A stretch of 63,954 bases of DNA, counting the filler, from Reticulomyxa filosa (taxonomy: Eukaryota > Protista > Foraminifera), in assembly GCA_000512085.1 (NCBI GenBank). It is 20 parts of 20 records of this genome, joined end to end, with 100 filler letters (N's around TTAATTAATTAA, not from the genome) between each part and the next. Parts side by side here need not be neighbours in the genome. Positions count along the whole stretch, not along the records: positions 19,020 to 25,432 come from ASPP01001085.1; positions 25,533 to 37,213 come from ASPP01021676.1; 18 more parts are not named here. The stretch is one strand, 5' to 3'. This document shows, piece after piece, positions 22,008 through 33,803 of this stretch. The notes under the pieces are model-generated. The model saw nothing but the letters and a program-made list of their open reading frames with translations. It had not been told where the DNA came from and ran no database searches. The position numbers and the translations under genes are program-made. Positions within the stretch are counted from its first letter, which is position 1; each line of letters opens with the position of its first letter.

Positions 22008-24950
22008 TCAGTTCTTTTTTTTCAAGCGTAATGACATAATTAATATTCGATGCACACAGTCGCTATCATTATTGCCAATTAATAGCAATGTAAATAGCAA
22101 CAACTTGCAAATCCGTAATACAAATTTCATGTGATGTACGTCCATTTCCACTTGCAAATCTTTCAATATCTATTCAAAAATTTCAAACAACACATACGAC
22201 ATACATACAAATAAATAATCAATATACGTATAAAGATATTATGAAAAAAAAAAAAAACAACAAAACTTTTTCAATTGAATAGGATCAATTGTTCGAATCC
22301 ACAGCAACGACGCCTTTGTGGGTGAGCGAGAAGGGAAGAAGGTGCGTAATATAATCGATGGCTGGCACTAACGTTTGCCCACGTACCAATCCAACACATT
22401 GAAGATATTTATTACGATGCTTTGCCAAATGGTGGATCGACTATACAACAATGCATCCAAATATTGTCGACACAACGACAGTCCAATGTGTCAGAACAAT
22501 TGACTAATAAATAGAAGAACATGGACTACGTCGTCATCATTATCACCATTATTATCATTGGCACTGCGTTTAACATTGCCACACCAGTCAAGCAACTTCC
22601 ATTGGGGGGCGCACTATGTGAAGTTGGTACTATTTGAGGATCCGCAAAGTCGCCAATCGTATGTGCGTGGAGAGCAATTCTATAACAAGATAAAGTCGAT
22701 GACAATCTTCCTTTGTTTTAAAATAAATCTAATGCGGCATGGTCACTGAATAATATTTGTTTTCTTCATTGTTATCACCAGCATCTTCTTATTCTTTGTC
22801 TTCCAATTCAGTCGCTGCTACAGTAATAGCAACTACGAAGTCCATCAGTCATAATTGCACTTGTGATGAGAAACGCACATTGGTATTGTCAAATTGACGC
22901 AAGCATTTCCAAAAAAGACTTAGGAGATACAATGACCCATGGTAAAACTCTTATTTTTCTCTTCAGTATTGAGTTTAGTATTTGCTGTTCTTCTTTTTTT
23001 GTTTGTTTGGGTTTGAGTCGACGTGCGTTTTGACATTTGAATCACATAGGAATCTTTGGCGCAATCAAATATCAAATTAATGCAAATTGGCGACTCGTAC
23101 CCAATTACCAATATTCAATAGCTCGTGATTCATTCCATCAGCACACACGGACCAAAATTCAAAGTTGTGCATATCCGCATGCACACAATACAAATAGTCC
23201 ATCCATATGTTTTGATTTTTCTTCAGAGCCATTAACTTGTAGCTGATACCAAGCTCGTAATTTCCTTTGGTGAATTTGCTACCCATGTTGATAGCAGGGG
23301 TCACACGCCATGTACACTCCAGTAGAATTTGCACCTTCAAATACTCATATCCACATTCTGGGCATCGTCGTTTCGGCGACTTGGATCACCATTGCAGCGA
23401 CGCTTTTATCATATCACAAGTATTAATCGCTTCAAAGTAGCGTATTCCGTTGTACGAGCTACCGTGCACTACACAAGAATTTGCCGGTCTGTTGTGAAGT
23501 GTGAGGTTCCAATGAACGAATCATGGCCAACATACCATTGGTCAATTCCATACTATCACCAAATTCAAAAAGCTAATCGCCGTTTTCTTCGATTCTGTTT
23601 TCTTCGATTATATTCGTCTTGAGGCCTGCTCGAGTTGCGTCGTTGTCTTGATCGAACGTGGGCAACAAATTGGCTACAATACTGAAGCATGAGTGAGTTA
23701 TTACCTGTCCTTGATTCACACTGAAGCACCTTGTTCGTCCCACCTCGATTTGTTGGATATCCGGTCACTGCGCAATTTCGCCTGTTGCAACTATTTCCGG
23801 AACTGATTGGATCTTGAAAATTGGTCTTCGTTTGGAGAACGTACATATCCTTTTTGAATACTATATTTCGAACCAGATCACGAATTGATATATCTTTTAA
23901 CTACAAATATTGCATAACAAAAAAAACAAACCTGAAAGTAGATTCATTGATTGATTGTCAGGGGCATATACGTCTATAAAGAAGCAAAGATATCATTATA
24001 TGTTTAAAAAAATTATTTGTGGATAAACAAACATACTTAATTTAATACAAATGCTATCTCGATCAATGATATGGTCCAAGCAAATATATTTGACAATCTG
24101 GAGCGATTCTTGGTTGGATTGATATTTTCTTCTATTTCAATTGAGTCTTTGCCTTTTCCGGATTCTTTTTCTCATGTTGCAATCTTTTTGCCCAGACGAA
24201 GTTGTTGGTGTTGATTTGGATGATTGGTACACGAACGTTCACCATAGCAGCAACAACAACGATATCACATTTCACACTCTACCCGGACGCTGTATATTTT
24301 CAAGACGAGTCAAAAGCGAAAGTTTTATCCAATGCGTTCAATGCAACTTGTCGCCACCCCATTGACGCAAACTACGATTGTTTCAACTGGGAGTCGCATT
24401 GGAGGTTTTCGGGTCCACTACTTGAGAAATGAATACCTTTTGCGTGAAGTGACCACAATATAAGTCAGCTTCAAAATATTATTTTCTCCGGTGTGTCATT
24501 TTGCCACAAAGTTCCATTTATCCAAATCCAAACTAGCGATCATCCTTTCGTGGAACCAGTTTACCATTTACGTCTTCATATGCTGTGTTTGCAATGGAAC
24601 GTCAATACGACAGTTTTTCGCACACTGTATTGAAACAAACACATATATGATAATACAAAGTAAGTATAGATTTTTTTTCTAGTGAACTTGGGACCATTAT
24701 TTATCATAACAATCGTTCAACCAATTATCGATTCAATTCACGACATTTCTTCGCCACGACAAAGTCAGACAAGCCGATTCATTTCGTAACATCTTTACGA
24801 CCACGAGCCAATTTAAAAATGTCGCCAATTTGATCTTTTTTTTTCTTGGATCGGTCCAATCGTTTTTGTCGACAGCGGCGTCAGCTTTCCATGTGCTGTT
24901 CGCACTAGATCTTCATTGGGCATTTTTCAATTCATTCGCCCATCTTTTTT
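22008..24950 (-). pseudogene. Decayed, intron-containing, fused beta/beta' two-barrel RNA polymerase-like gene of a probable virus- or plasmid-like element
   Basis: Collinear RpoB-like motifs (KYICLDH..IKLNVYA, FSIVANLLPTFDQDNDATRA, YNGIRYFEAI, GSKF-x7-GISYKLM, PKSF..LRQF) followed by RpoC-like motifs (QYLDALL, GNNDSDCVH). Many stops and frameshifts. Confidence 0.6.
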
Positions 24951-25575
24951 TTTTTGAACGTTGCGCTAACGCGCATCTTATACGTTTATGGGACAAAATC
25001 CCATTTTTTCTTTATTAATCCCCCCCCTCACATTTTACACTTTCTTCATCTTTTTTTTCATTTTTCTATCTTTTAATCTTTTTTTTTTTCACATTGACTT
25101 TTTTTATTTTTTTTTCTTTTTCATTTCCAACTTTTTTTTCTTTATATTGTCTCATTTTTCATTTTTTTTTCTTTATTCATATTTTATCATTTTTCATTAT
25201 TTATTTTTAATTTTTCTCAAATAAAATTTCCCCTTTTTAACATCTATTTTCACTTTTTTTTTTCCCACCAAATTTTCCCAAATTCCAATAATCTATTTTC
25301 TTTTTTTTGTAATGGTGATGAGGGGGGGACAAATAATTTTTGACGGGGGCATGCCTATTGAAAAACACACAACTATTTGATAAAAAATAAAAATAAAAAT
25401 AAAAAAGACAAAAGATACAAACTCTTTTATTTNNNNNNNNNNNNNNNNNNNNNNNNNNNNNNNNNNNNNNNNNNNNTTAATTAATTAANNNNNNNNNNNN
25501 NNNNNNNNNNNNNNNNNNNNNNNNNNNNNNNNACACACACACACACACATACAATCACCAAGAAAAGGAAAATAC

Positions 25576-25928
25576 CGCTCATTGTCTGCAGAATCGATCA
25601 AAAATATTACTCCATGTGCTTCTCCAAAATAATTTTTCCAAATGCATCGCAGTGATGTTTGCCCTCCTAAATCCCAAAATTGCAATTTCACATTTTTACA
25701 TTCGATTCGAGTTATATTCAGACCTATCGTCGGCTGAATACTTGTCAATTCACTATTGTCGTCTTTCGTCTGCGACATTGATTGCTTCTGCGTAGCTGTC
25801 AAGCCGTAGTGCTTTTTCGCTTGATATAAAAATGTCGACTTCCCTGCATTGTCCAAACCTACTACAATTACATTGTACTGAGGTTTTGAAAACATATACG
25901 TCCAGAACCCTGAAAGCAATGAAAACAT
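25576..25928 (-). CDS. ARFRP1: ARF-related protein 1 (ARFRP1/Arl3p), first exon
   Basis: MFSLLSGFWTY N-terminus without the myristoylation Gly, GLDNAGKST, PTIGLNI, WDLGGQTSLRCIW. Confidence 0.88.
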
Positions 25929-26663
25929 CTTTCGCCCCCAATATTTTTCTATTATAAAGATTCTTCTTTCTTGTTTCAATTTTTAGATATTATTATTTTG
26001 ATCAATAGCGAATGGAAGGGGGTGTGCTTTTTTAAAGTGACCAAGGAATAAAACTATCATTGTTCGGAACAGAAATGACGAGTACGTCAACTTAAAGTTT
26101 GGTTGAAGACTACCGTGAAAATAGCTTGTTTAGCAAATGTAAACATTTCTAAGTGGATTGCATTCTTTCACGCCAAAAGAAGTTATAAAAAAAAGGGGAC
26201 AAAAATGAAAGAACTTTCAAATCGAAGAGTGGTAACATGCTAAAAAATTTTAAAAAACTATTCTTACTCTACTTATTCTTAGCTTTTTTTCTCTCTTCTT
26301 CTTCCCTCCAAAGCATATGTCACACAAACCAGTTTAATAGAAGCAAAAAACGTGTGTAACAAAATAATATAAGCTCATTAAAAAAGGGGGGGGGGTAGAT
26401 TGGAATTTGTTTTGAAGTCAACGGCCAACTTCAGGTAGGCATAGCGAAAAGCAAATAAACTTTGGAAGCAATTAAACAAAGGCTGTACATAATCTCAACA
26501 ATAGTATTTTTATTGAAATTTGATTTTACTGCATTATGTATCAATGTTTCTCTCTTTTTTGTAGTTGTTTTGATATCAAAAAAACTCAAAAAAAAAAAGA
26601 GACGAAAAATCAGTTTGGAGGCTTTAAAAATGGAAATTGGAGGACAAATGAATAACGCAAGAT

Positions 26664-28831
26664 CTACATACTTCCGCTGTGTAATATTGCAATGTTGTGA
26701 ATGAACCAAAAAAAAAAAAAAAAAGATTTAAACATATACAAACACGAAAAATAAAAATAAAACATAGGCCAAACTATTTAGGTCCCCCACCACCTTGAGG
26801 AACAGTCCATCGAATATATTCTTTGGGCGTTTTAATAGCACAAGTTTTGCAATGGATGCAATTTTGGGAGTTGATAACCAGTTTGGGAGGTTGTCCGTCG
26901 GCTTGTTCCACAAATTCGTAGACTTTTGCTGGGCAAAAGCGACTTTCGGGACCTCCGTACACCTCCCAAGACTCTTTTTCGGCGACTTGAGTTAATTCGG
27001 GTTTGATTATTAAATGAGAGGGTTCGTTTTCATCATGATAAGTGCCTCTGTGTATATCACGCACACACAAATATACACCATATATACACATATATACACA
27101 TATATACATATGTATATATGTATACTTGTATATATGTACATGCATATGAATAGGAAGAAAAGACAACACCAAACGTTCTTTGAACATTGGTCAAAATATC
27201 GAAAGTGAGTTTGCCATCGGGTTTTTCATAATGGATAGGTTTGCACAAGTGTTTGGGTTTGGTGCAATCAGCGCAATTGGAATGATGGCGTTGGAGCGTC
27301 CAAGGTTCTTTGCCTTGGGTGAGTGTGGTGAAAGTAGAGTAGGCCATGCCAAAGTAGGTTCCTTTTTCAAACGAGGGATGGACATTGCGAACCTGATAAA
27401 GTTCTCGCATGATCCAGCTTTGAGCCAAGGCGTGATCATACGAGTTCACTTTAATGCCAAAGGGGCCATTAGTAGTGGAAGAAGCAAAGACTTGTTGGAA
27501 GATGGATTCGGCGGCGAGTATACCGGATTTCATGGCATAATGTGTGCCCTTGACTTTGGGGACGTTGACAAAGCCAGCGCTGCATCCGACCAGGACCCCT
27601 CCTGGGAAGGATACTTTGGGTACGGACTGAAAGCCGCCTTCATTGAGCGCCCTGGCGCCGTACCCAATGCATTCAGCACCCTCCAAGAGCGGACGTATGG
27701 AAGGATGCTCTTGAGTTTCTGGAATTCCAAATACGGGTTCAAATAAGGATTTGAATACTCCAAGCCAATGGCCAGTCCAACAAATACTTTGTAATCATTC
27801 GTTGTATACAAAAACATGCCACTGTACACTTGGTCTCCAACAGGCCACCCTAAGCCATGAATGACCACCCCTCCCCCTCCCTCTCCTCCTCCTCCTCCTC
27901 CTCCTCCTCCTCCACCACTTTCACTTTCAACCTCATTTTTTCCCTCCCCCCCTTTGGCAGAAGAACGTTTCTGCCAGAGAAACGGGTGTGCTGACTCAGC
28001 AGAAGCGCGCGAGTGTTGCCAGACCTCTTTAAAGCCAATGGCATACATTTGCGGCTCCGCCTGTGTGCGCAAGTCAAAGCGTTTCATCACCTGTTCGCTG
28101 ACGCTGCCCCTGCAGCCTTCGGCCAGAATCACTTGTTTGCATTTAAGGAACGCTCCTCGACTAAAGTTGCCACCCATCGAACCGTCTTTATTACGTCCAC
28201 TATCACTCGTCACCACTCCCGTCACAAAGCTGTTCGAGTCGTCCATCACCGTGCTCTCCACCGCAAATCCAGGCAATAACATCACTCCCAACGCTTCTGC
28301 TTGCTCACCCAACCAACGACACATGTCACCCAGGGATATCACGTAATTGCCGTCGTTGCGCATGCTCGCAGGGATATACGGTGCTTTCCATGCGCGCTTT
28401 TCCGTCATATACCAAAATTCATCGCGACGCACTTTCGTGTGTAATGGTGCGTTACGTGCTTTCCAGTCTGGAAACAACTCGTTCAATGCTCTTGGGTTAA
28501 ACACGTTCCCACTTATTATGTGCGACCCGATCTCTGCTCCTTTCTCCACCACTGCCACCTCCAGCTCTTGCTTGTTTTGCTCCGCTAACTGCTTCAACCG
28601 AATCGCCGCCGACAGTCCTGCTGGACCTCCTCCCACTATCACCACGTCAAATTCCATCTCGTCACGCGCTGGTAAATCCTCTTTTGCTACCACTGCGTTC
28701 GTATAGTGGTACTGCGAATGTCTATAGCTGCACCAGGCTTGACTTTGCCACACATTTCCACCAAAGAGATTACGCGCAAAGCCCGACGTCAACGTCTTCC
28801 ACACACTTCTTTGGGTTGGTAACCGATACAT
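26664..28831 (-). CDS. ETFDH: Mitochondrial ETF-ubiquinone oxidoreductase; exons 28831-27175, 27047-26775 and 26676-26664; 1-nt frameshift at about 27708
   Basis: VGGGPAGL FAD motif, YGARALNEGG, RFCPAKVYE, and the NCIHCKTC 4Fe-4S motif. The spliced end reads GGGPKYGSM*. Confidence 0.95.
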
Positions 28832-29666
28832 TCAAAGTTCCGAATCACAATTTATTAAATTTTTTTTTTACCCTCCCTCATCCCCCTCTTCTCTCCCTTC
28901 CAAACAGAACGTTTCAATCTTACTAAAGTTCCTCAAAATTTTGTGGGTTATTGAAAAGGTTTGCAGGGAGATTGACAAAAACTTGAATGTTCTTTTTAAA
29001 AAACATATACAACGCACGATATGCGACAAATCAAATAAAAAATAGTAACAGAAAATTACAATTACTAAATACAGTCGTTTTTGATCATTTGCTTCTTTCT
29101 TTTTATTTCTCTTTATTCATGGCGACGACTTGTCTTTGGTAATTGTGGTAGCAACTGGACACATATCAGAAAAAACAAATTAAGCTGCAATGACGCATGC
29201 ACATGTTACATGCATGCAACTTGTGAAAAGGAATGCTCATTTATTGCCAGTTTTTTTTTATTGTCTCAGTCGTCTATTCTTCTTCCTCTCATTTCTTTTT
29301 AATACTTTTTTTCATTAAACTTTTTGCAAGAGACATGTAATATTGTATTATTACAATCCAAAAAAAATCTTTTTAATACATGTGACAAAATTAACATATT
29401 GCATACCAATCCCCTCCCTCCCTTGAAACTCGTGTAGGAAGTGGACCAACACTTTACTTCTCCCTATCTGCAAAAGGCCACAAATGCAGATTATGTTTAA
29501 TAGAAAGGGATAGCGCAATATATTTAGCACTGCCGCCACAAAACGAAGAATATGAATCTAGTCACTTTATGTCTTACAAACAACATTTGCAGCAATCCAA
29601 AACATACTCTTTAGTTAAAAAAAAATAGAGTTAGTTTTCTAGTCTGACAAAAAAAAATAAAAAAAA

Positions 29667-32365
29667 ATGGGAGTTTATCATTATCAATGCTCTTGGGGCT
29701 ATGCAGAATTGGCATTAGGCGCAGTGTATGGAATAATAGGAATAGTGAGTGGAGTAGAATTGATATGGATGTTATTCCGTTTCAAGGAATTTCGGTCAGT
29801 GACGAAAGTGGGAAGTGAAAAGAAAAAGAACGAAAACAAGCAGAATGGTGAGAAGAGGAGCAGCAGCACGCAGAATGCATTTGTATCAATTTTTCGAACG
29901 CAGCGTTCACAGCAATGGTTTTTGGTGATTGTGTGTGCGCAGACATGTTTGCGAAGTGCATTATTTTTTCTCTTGCCAAAAATCGGATCGCGATGTGACG
30001 ACGTCAGTCCGTTGCACGAAGACCGATGGTATTATGCTATATTAGAAATTGCTGCAGTTTTCTTATTTCAATTTGCTTTTTCGTGTTTAGCATATCAATT
30101 CTTATTGTTTTATTATTCCATTGTGGTTAAGTTATTATCTCATCCTTGAACCCAACGACCCCTCCCCCCCCTCCTTAAAAAAAAAAAAAACTTTAAAATA
30201 TCCTTCTGAACTTTACCCCTTTTTTTTTAAAAAAAAAAAAAAATTAATAAATAATAATAAATAAATAAAAAATAAAATAATAATAATAATAAAAAAAGAA
30301 TTTTTTTATCTCCAATGAAGTATCAATTCTACTCGCAAATAAAAGAAGGTCACAAGAAAGCACTTGGACTGCCGTCGAGTCTTGACAAGAAAATCAAGTA
30401 CCATACCATTGTCATCTATCTACTCAATATCATTAGCTCTCTCGTCGTTATCAGTTATTTTTGCGTTATCAATTCTGTAAAGCGTTATCGACAAGGCGAC
30501 AGCGATCAATTGTATGTTACTCATAAGAGTGATACGTATACGTGCACGTATATGTGCATGCACGTGCATGTTGCACAATAAAATTTTTGAATGAATATAC
30601 ATATACGTATACATATATATATATATATATATATGTATATGTATATATGTGCATACGTATATATGCATATATGTATATACGTGTAAAGGGTTATGATACC
30701 TCGCAGTGTGCCAGTGTTGTCATCTGCAATATCTTATTTGGCGTTAGCGGTGTTGTATGGTCGATTTGTGGTCCCAGTGTTTTTGATTTATCGGAATATT
30801 GTGAAGCATGCAAGCAGCCTGAAAGCAGCAAGCACGGCGATGACGACAGCAACGACGATGACGACGACGACGTCGATGAACAACACCACCACCACCACGA
30901 CCACCACGATCCCATTGGCATCGCCAATGTCCAGACAGTATCAAATGATCAAGCCAAGTGGTATTGGGGATGATGGGCCAGGGATATTGCAATCCCAACC
31001 GCAGCAGCAGCAGCAGCAGCAGCAGAAGCAACGACAGAAAGAAGAAAAAAGACAAGAACAAGAAAAGGAAAAGGAAAAGGAAAAAGAAGAAGGAGATGAA
31101 AAAGAGAGTGAAATAGCAGCGTTGAAAAAAAAAGGATCATCGCGAGTTTATTTGAAGGCTCAAACGGATCACAACAACGATGGACTGGTATATCCATCGA
31201 TGACCAAGTCGAAGAGTGCTCTCATGAGCAACCTCTCGCGTGCAGCCAAAGAGAAGAGTGCGAGTCATCGCATCTCCGGCTATCCTAATCGGATGCACGT
31301 CAAAGGCAAACATAAGCATGGCAAGAGGCACGATAACATGGAGCTCTTGTTATCGCCTTTGTCCAAGAGTATTAATAGTCATTCTCTAAGAAGTTATCTA
31401 TTTATATTTGTGTCTTTTTTTTTAAAAAAAAAAAAAAAAAAATCACTCCAAACTTTAAAAGATGGAGTGTGTACGTATATATAATATATATATATATATA
31501 AGAAACAGAGGACGATTTCAACTACTCTCGGATAAAGATACATAGCTCTCATCCACGACAGTCATCAGGACGGGATTTATACAATAGCGAGCAAATTGGA
31601 GACGATTCGAATGAAGCGCAAAGTCCAGGAAGTGCAGACAATGACTACGACGACGATGACGATGACGATGACAAAGAAGAAGTAGAAGAAGATGGTGGTA
31701 ACAATAATGAAGAGGAAGAAGAAGAAGAAGAAGAAGAAGAAGACCCAACACAAAGATCCGACTCCTTGTCGTACATGCGATCGCATACAGGACATACCGA
31801 GTACCTCACAAGGGCAGAGCAAGCTGAATCGGGACATGTGGAACAGCCTCTGTTTCCGGTCGTCCCAAAGTCTTGCTGTCTTTGGCTGTGCTGCGATGAT
31901 ACACTGGAAGAGGCCATGGCAGATGAACTGGCCCAGGCACGACAGAAGAACAAAGGTAAGGACAATAACAACAACAACAACAACAACAACAGTAATGGCG
32001 ACGGTGATGACGAAAGTGCTGATCCACATGCAATAACTAGTCTCAACTCCTCTTCGTCCACTCCTTTGGTCCGATCTCTGCCTCTTGCGTTTCATGGCAG
32101 GATGACTCAGAGTCATTTGCAGTCCATGAAACGCATGAGTTTTTTGGGACTTATCATTTTGGTCCTCTTCATCGCCAGAGCTCTCATTCTCTTGTTAATT
32201 GCTTTAGGTTACGAGACGTATACTGCATACGTCTCCACATTCGTCTCTTATCATCTTGCTTTTGAGTACTTCCCTTTGATTGCTATGATGATCATGTATC
32301 ATCGTGGTGTTTTGCAATTGTTCAAAAAATGGAAAACTCACGTTAATCACCACAATAAGGTTTAA
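29667..32365 (+). CDS. TOM1/THH1 (GPR137-like) multi-pass membrane protein with a very large low-complexity loop
   Basis: TCLRSALFF, ILEIAAVFLFQFAFSCLAYQF, MKRMSFLGLIILVLFIARA and YHLAFEYFPLIAMM match the TOM1/GPR137 TM pattern. Multi-exon. Confidence 0.7.
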
Positions 32366-32735
32366 TAATTAATTACTATATTCTTTATCCCTTTTTTTTT
32401 TGCTATACCGATTTTGGGTCCGCGCTTTTGTTTTGTTTTGTTAGTTTTTTTAAGTTGGAAAAAGAAAAAAATACTCTAATGAAATTTGGTCAACATAAAC
32501 TATTCTCAATAACAAACACTATAATGGGAAATCCCAAAACATCAAAGAAAGAAGAAAAACACAAATACAATATTATCATCACGTTCAAAATATTCATGTT
32601 CCAAGAGTCTTATCAGCTCGTTCACTTTTTTTGAACTCAATATTTTTTCATGTGATTGTCCCAACAGTTTGCGGTAGTTGCATAATATTTCAAGGCTTTT
32701 TTTTCTTTATTTTTTAATTTTTTTTTTTATATAGA

Positions 32736-32804
32736 GCAAATAGTTAAGTGGTATAATAACTCGTTGCCAACGATGTGGCCCATGTTCGATTCCCAGTTGG
32801 TGTA
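32736..32804 (+). pseudogene. Degenerate tRNA-Gly(GCC)
   Basis: TAGTTAAGTGGTA A-box, TCG-TTGCCAA-CGA anticodon arm, GTTCGATTCCC B-box and a poly-T terminator. The acceptor stem is broken. Confidence 0.75.
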
Positions 32805-32852
32805 TTTTTTATTTAAAAAAATATAAATAAATAAAAAGTAAAAAAACTAAAT

Positions 32853-32922
32853 AGGTCTAGATCGTGATCGAAACGGTGACAATGATTTTCAATCATATGG
32901 TCTACCACTAAACTACACTTAC
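32853..32922 (-). pseudogene. Degenerate tRNA with a Cys-like body and anticodon now GAA
   Basis: TAGTTTAGTGGTAGACCATATGATTGAAAATCATTGTCACCGTTTCGATC..GACCT, with a U discriminator. It parallels the tRNA-Cys(GCA) consensus. Confidence 0.6.
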
Positions 32923-33661
32923 AAAATATGTTTGCTCTATGCGATGCTAGAACTTGCGACAGTTAGCGATCAAATTTTTTTAAATTCAAGTGTGAGTCTG
33001 ACTAATGTGTATTATGTGTTTGTGTTGTGAATTTTTTTTATTTTCACTTAGACAATAGTTTCATTCTTATTTCCATATTTATGCTTGACTAATAATTTCA
33101 TTATTTACATTACTTTAATACTGGCCTAAATTGAACATGTATTATAAATCCAAATGTTCAAATGTAGAAACTTGAATTGTTGTAAAACTATGTTCGTTTT
33201 TTACACATTGTATATAAATGTAAGTTTTTTATTCTAAAACAAGTAAATACTAGTAAATTTTTGATATTTTGTATATAGCTTGTCTAGACTTATGTCTCAA
33301 TTGGATATACTAAGTGGAATTGTTTAGTATGTAATCTTTGCTTTGTCATGTCGTGCTTTGCTTCTTCATTTTGTTTGACTTCTTATTGTTCGCCTTCTCC
33401 AGATACTTGCTAGATTTACACTCGAAACTATGCACAATCCTTAAAATAAAATAGATCTGACTTCATTTAAATACTTTGTTTTTGACATTTTTTTTGAAGT
33501 ACTTTATTTTTATATTTGTATATAATTTTTTAGATAATGCAAAAAAAAATATATATTTACATATATATACTCAATGTTATGTTGGCAACATCTCGAAATG
33601 TCGTGGGGGATACACTGTATTTGATTCAACTTAGAGTAGTAAATTTATAATAAACATATAT

Positions 33662-33743
33662 TACACATTGGCTGACTGGTTAAGTTGGCAGCCTGCTAAG
33701 CCGTTGGGTTACGCAAACAAGTGTTCGAGCCCAGTAAGTGTAA
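33662..33743 (+). pseudogene. Degenerate tRNA-Ser(GCT)
   Basis: TGGCTGACTGGTTAAG D-arm, CTGCTAA loop, long variable arm, GTTCGA and poly-T. Several stems are mismatched. Confidence 0.7.
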
Positions 33744-33803
33744 TTTTTTTTTTATAAAAAAAATTAAAAAATAAAAGAATTATATATTGTTTTTGATATT
33801 TGA

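Noticed and set aside
22008-24950. An alternative genetic code explaining the in-frame stops
   Set aside because: All three stop codons plus frameshifts occur, and conserved genes in the window use standard stops. Decay is the simpler explanation.
22008-24950. Ordinary host RPB1/RPB2 pseudogene or organellar/bacterial rpoBC insertion
   Set aside because: It is far too compact and divergent, with both subunits' motifs within 3 kb, and it contains introns. This is disfavoured but not formally excluded without a phylogeny.
24988-25224. Phe-rich 78-aa ORF
   Set aside because: It is a by-product of a T-rich low-complexity tract.
26774-26776. Premature TAG at the ETF-QO C-terminus
   Set aside because: It is a TA|GT splice donor, and the spliced end is the normal YGSM*.
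33575-33615. Additional tRNA relic around tgttggcaaca
   Set aside because: No convincing A/B boxes or cloverleaf.
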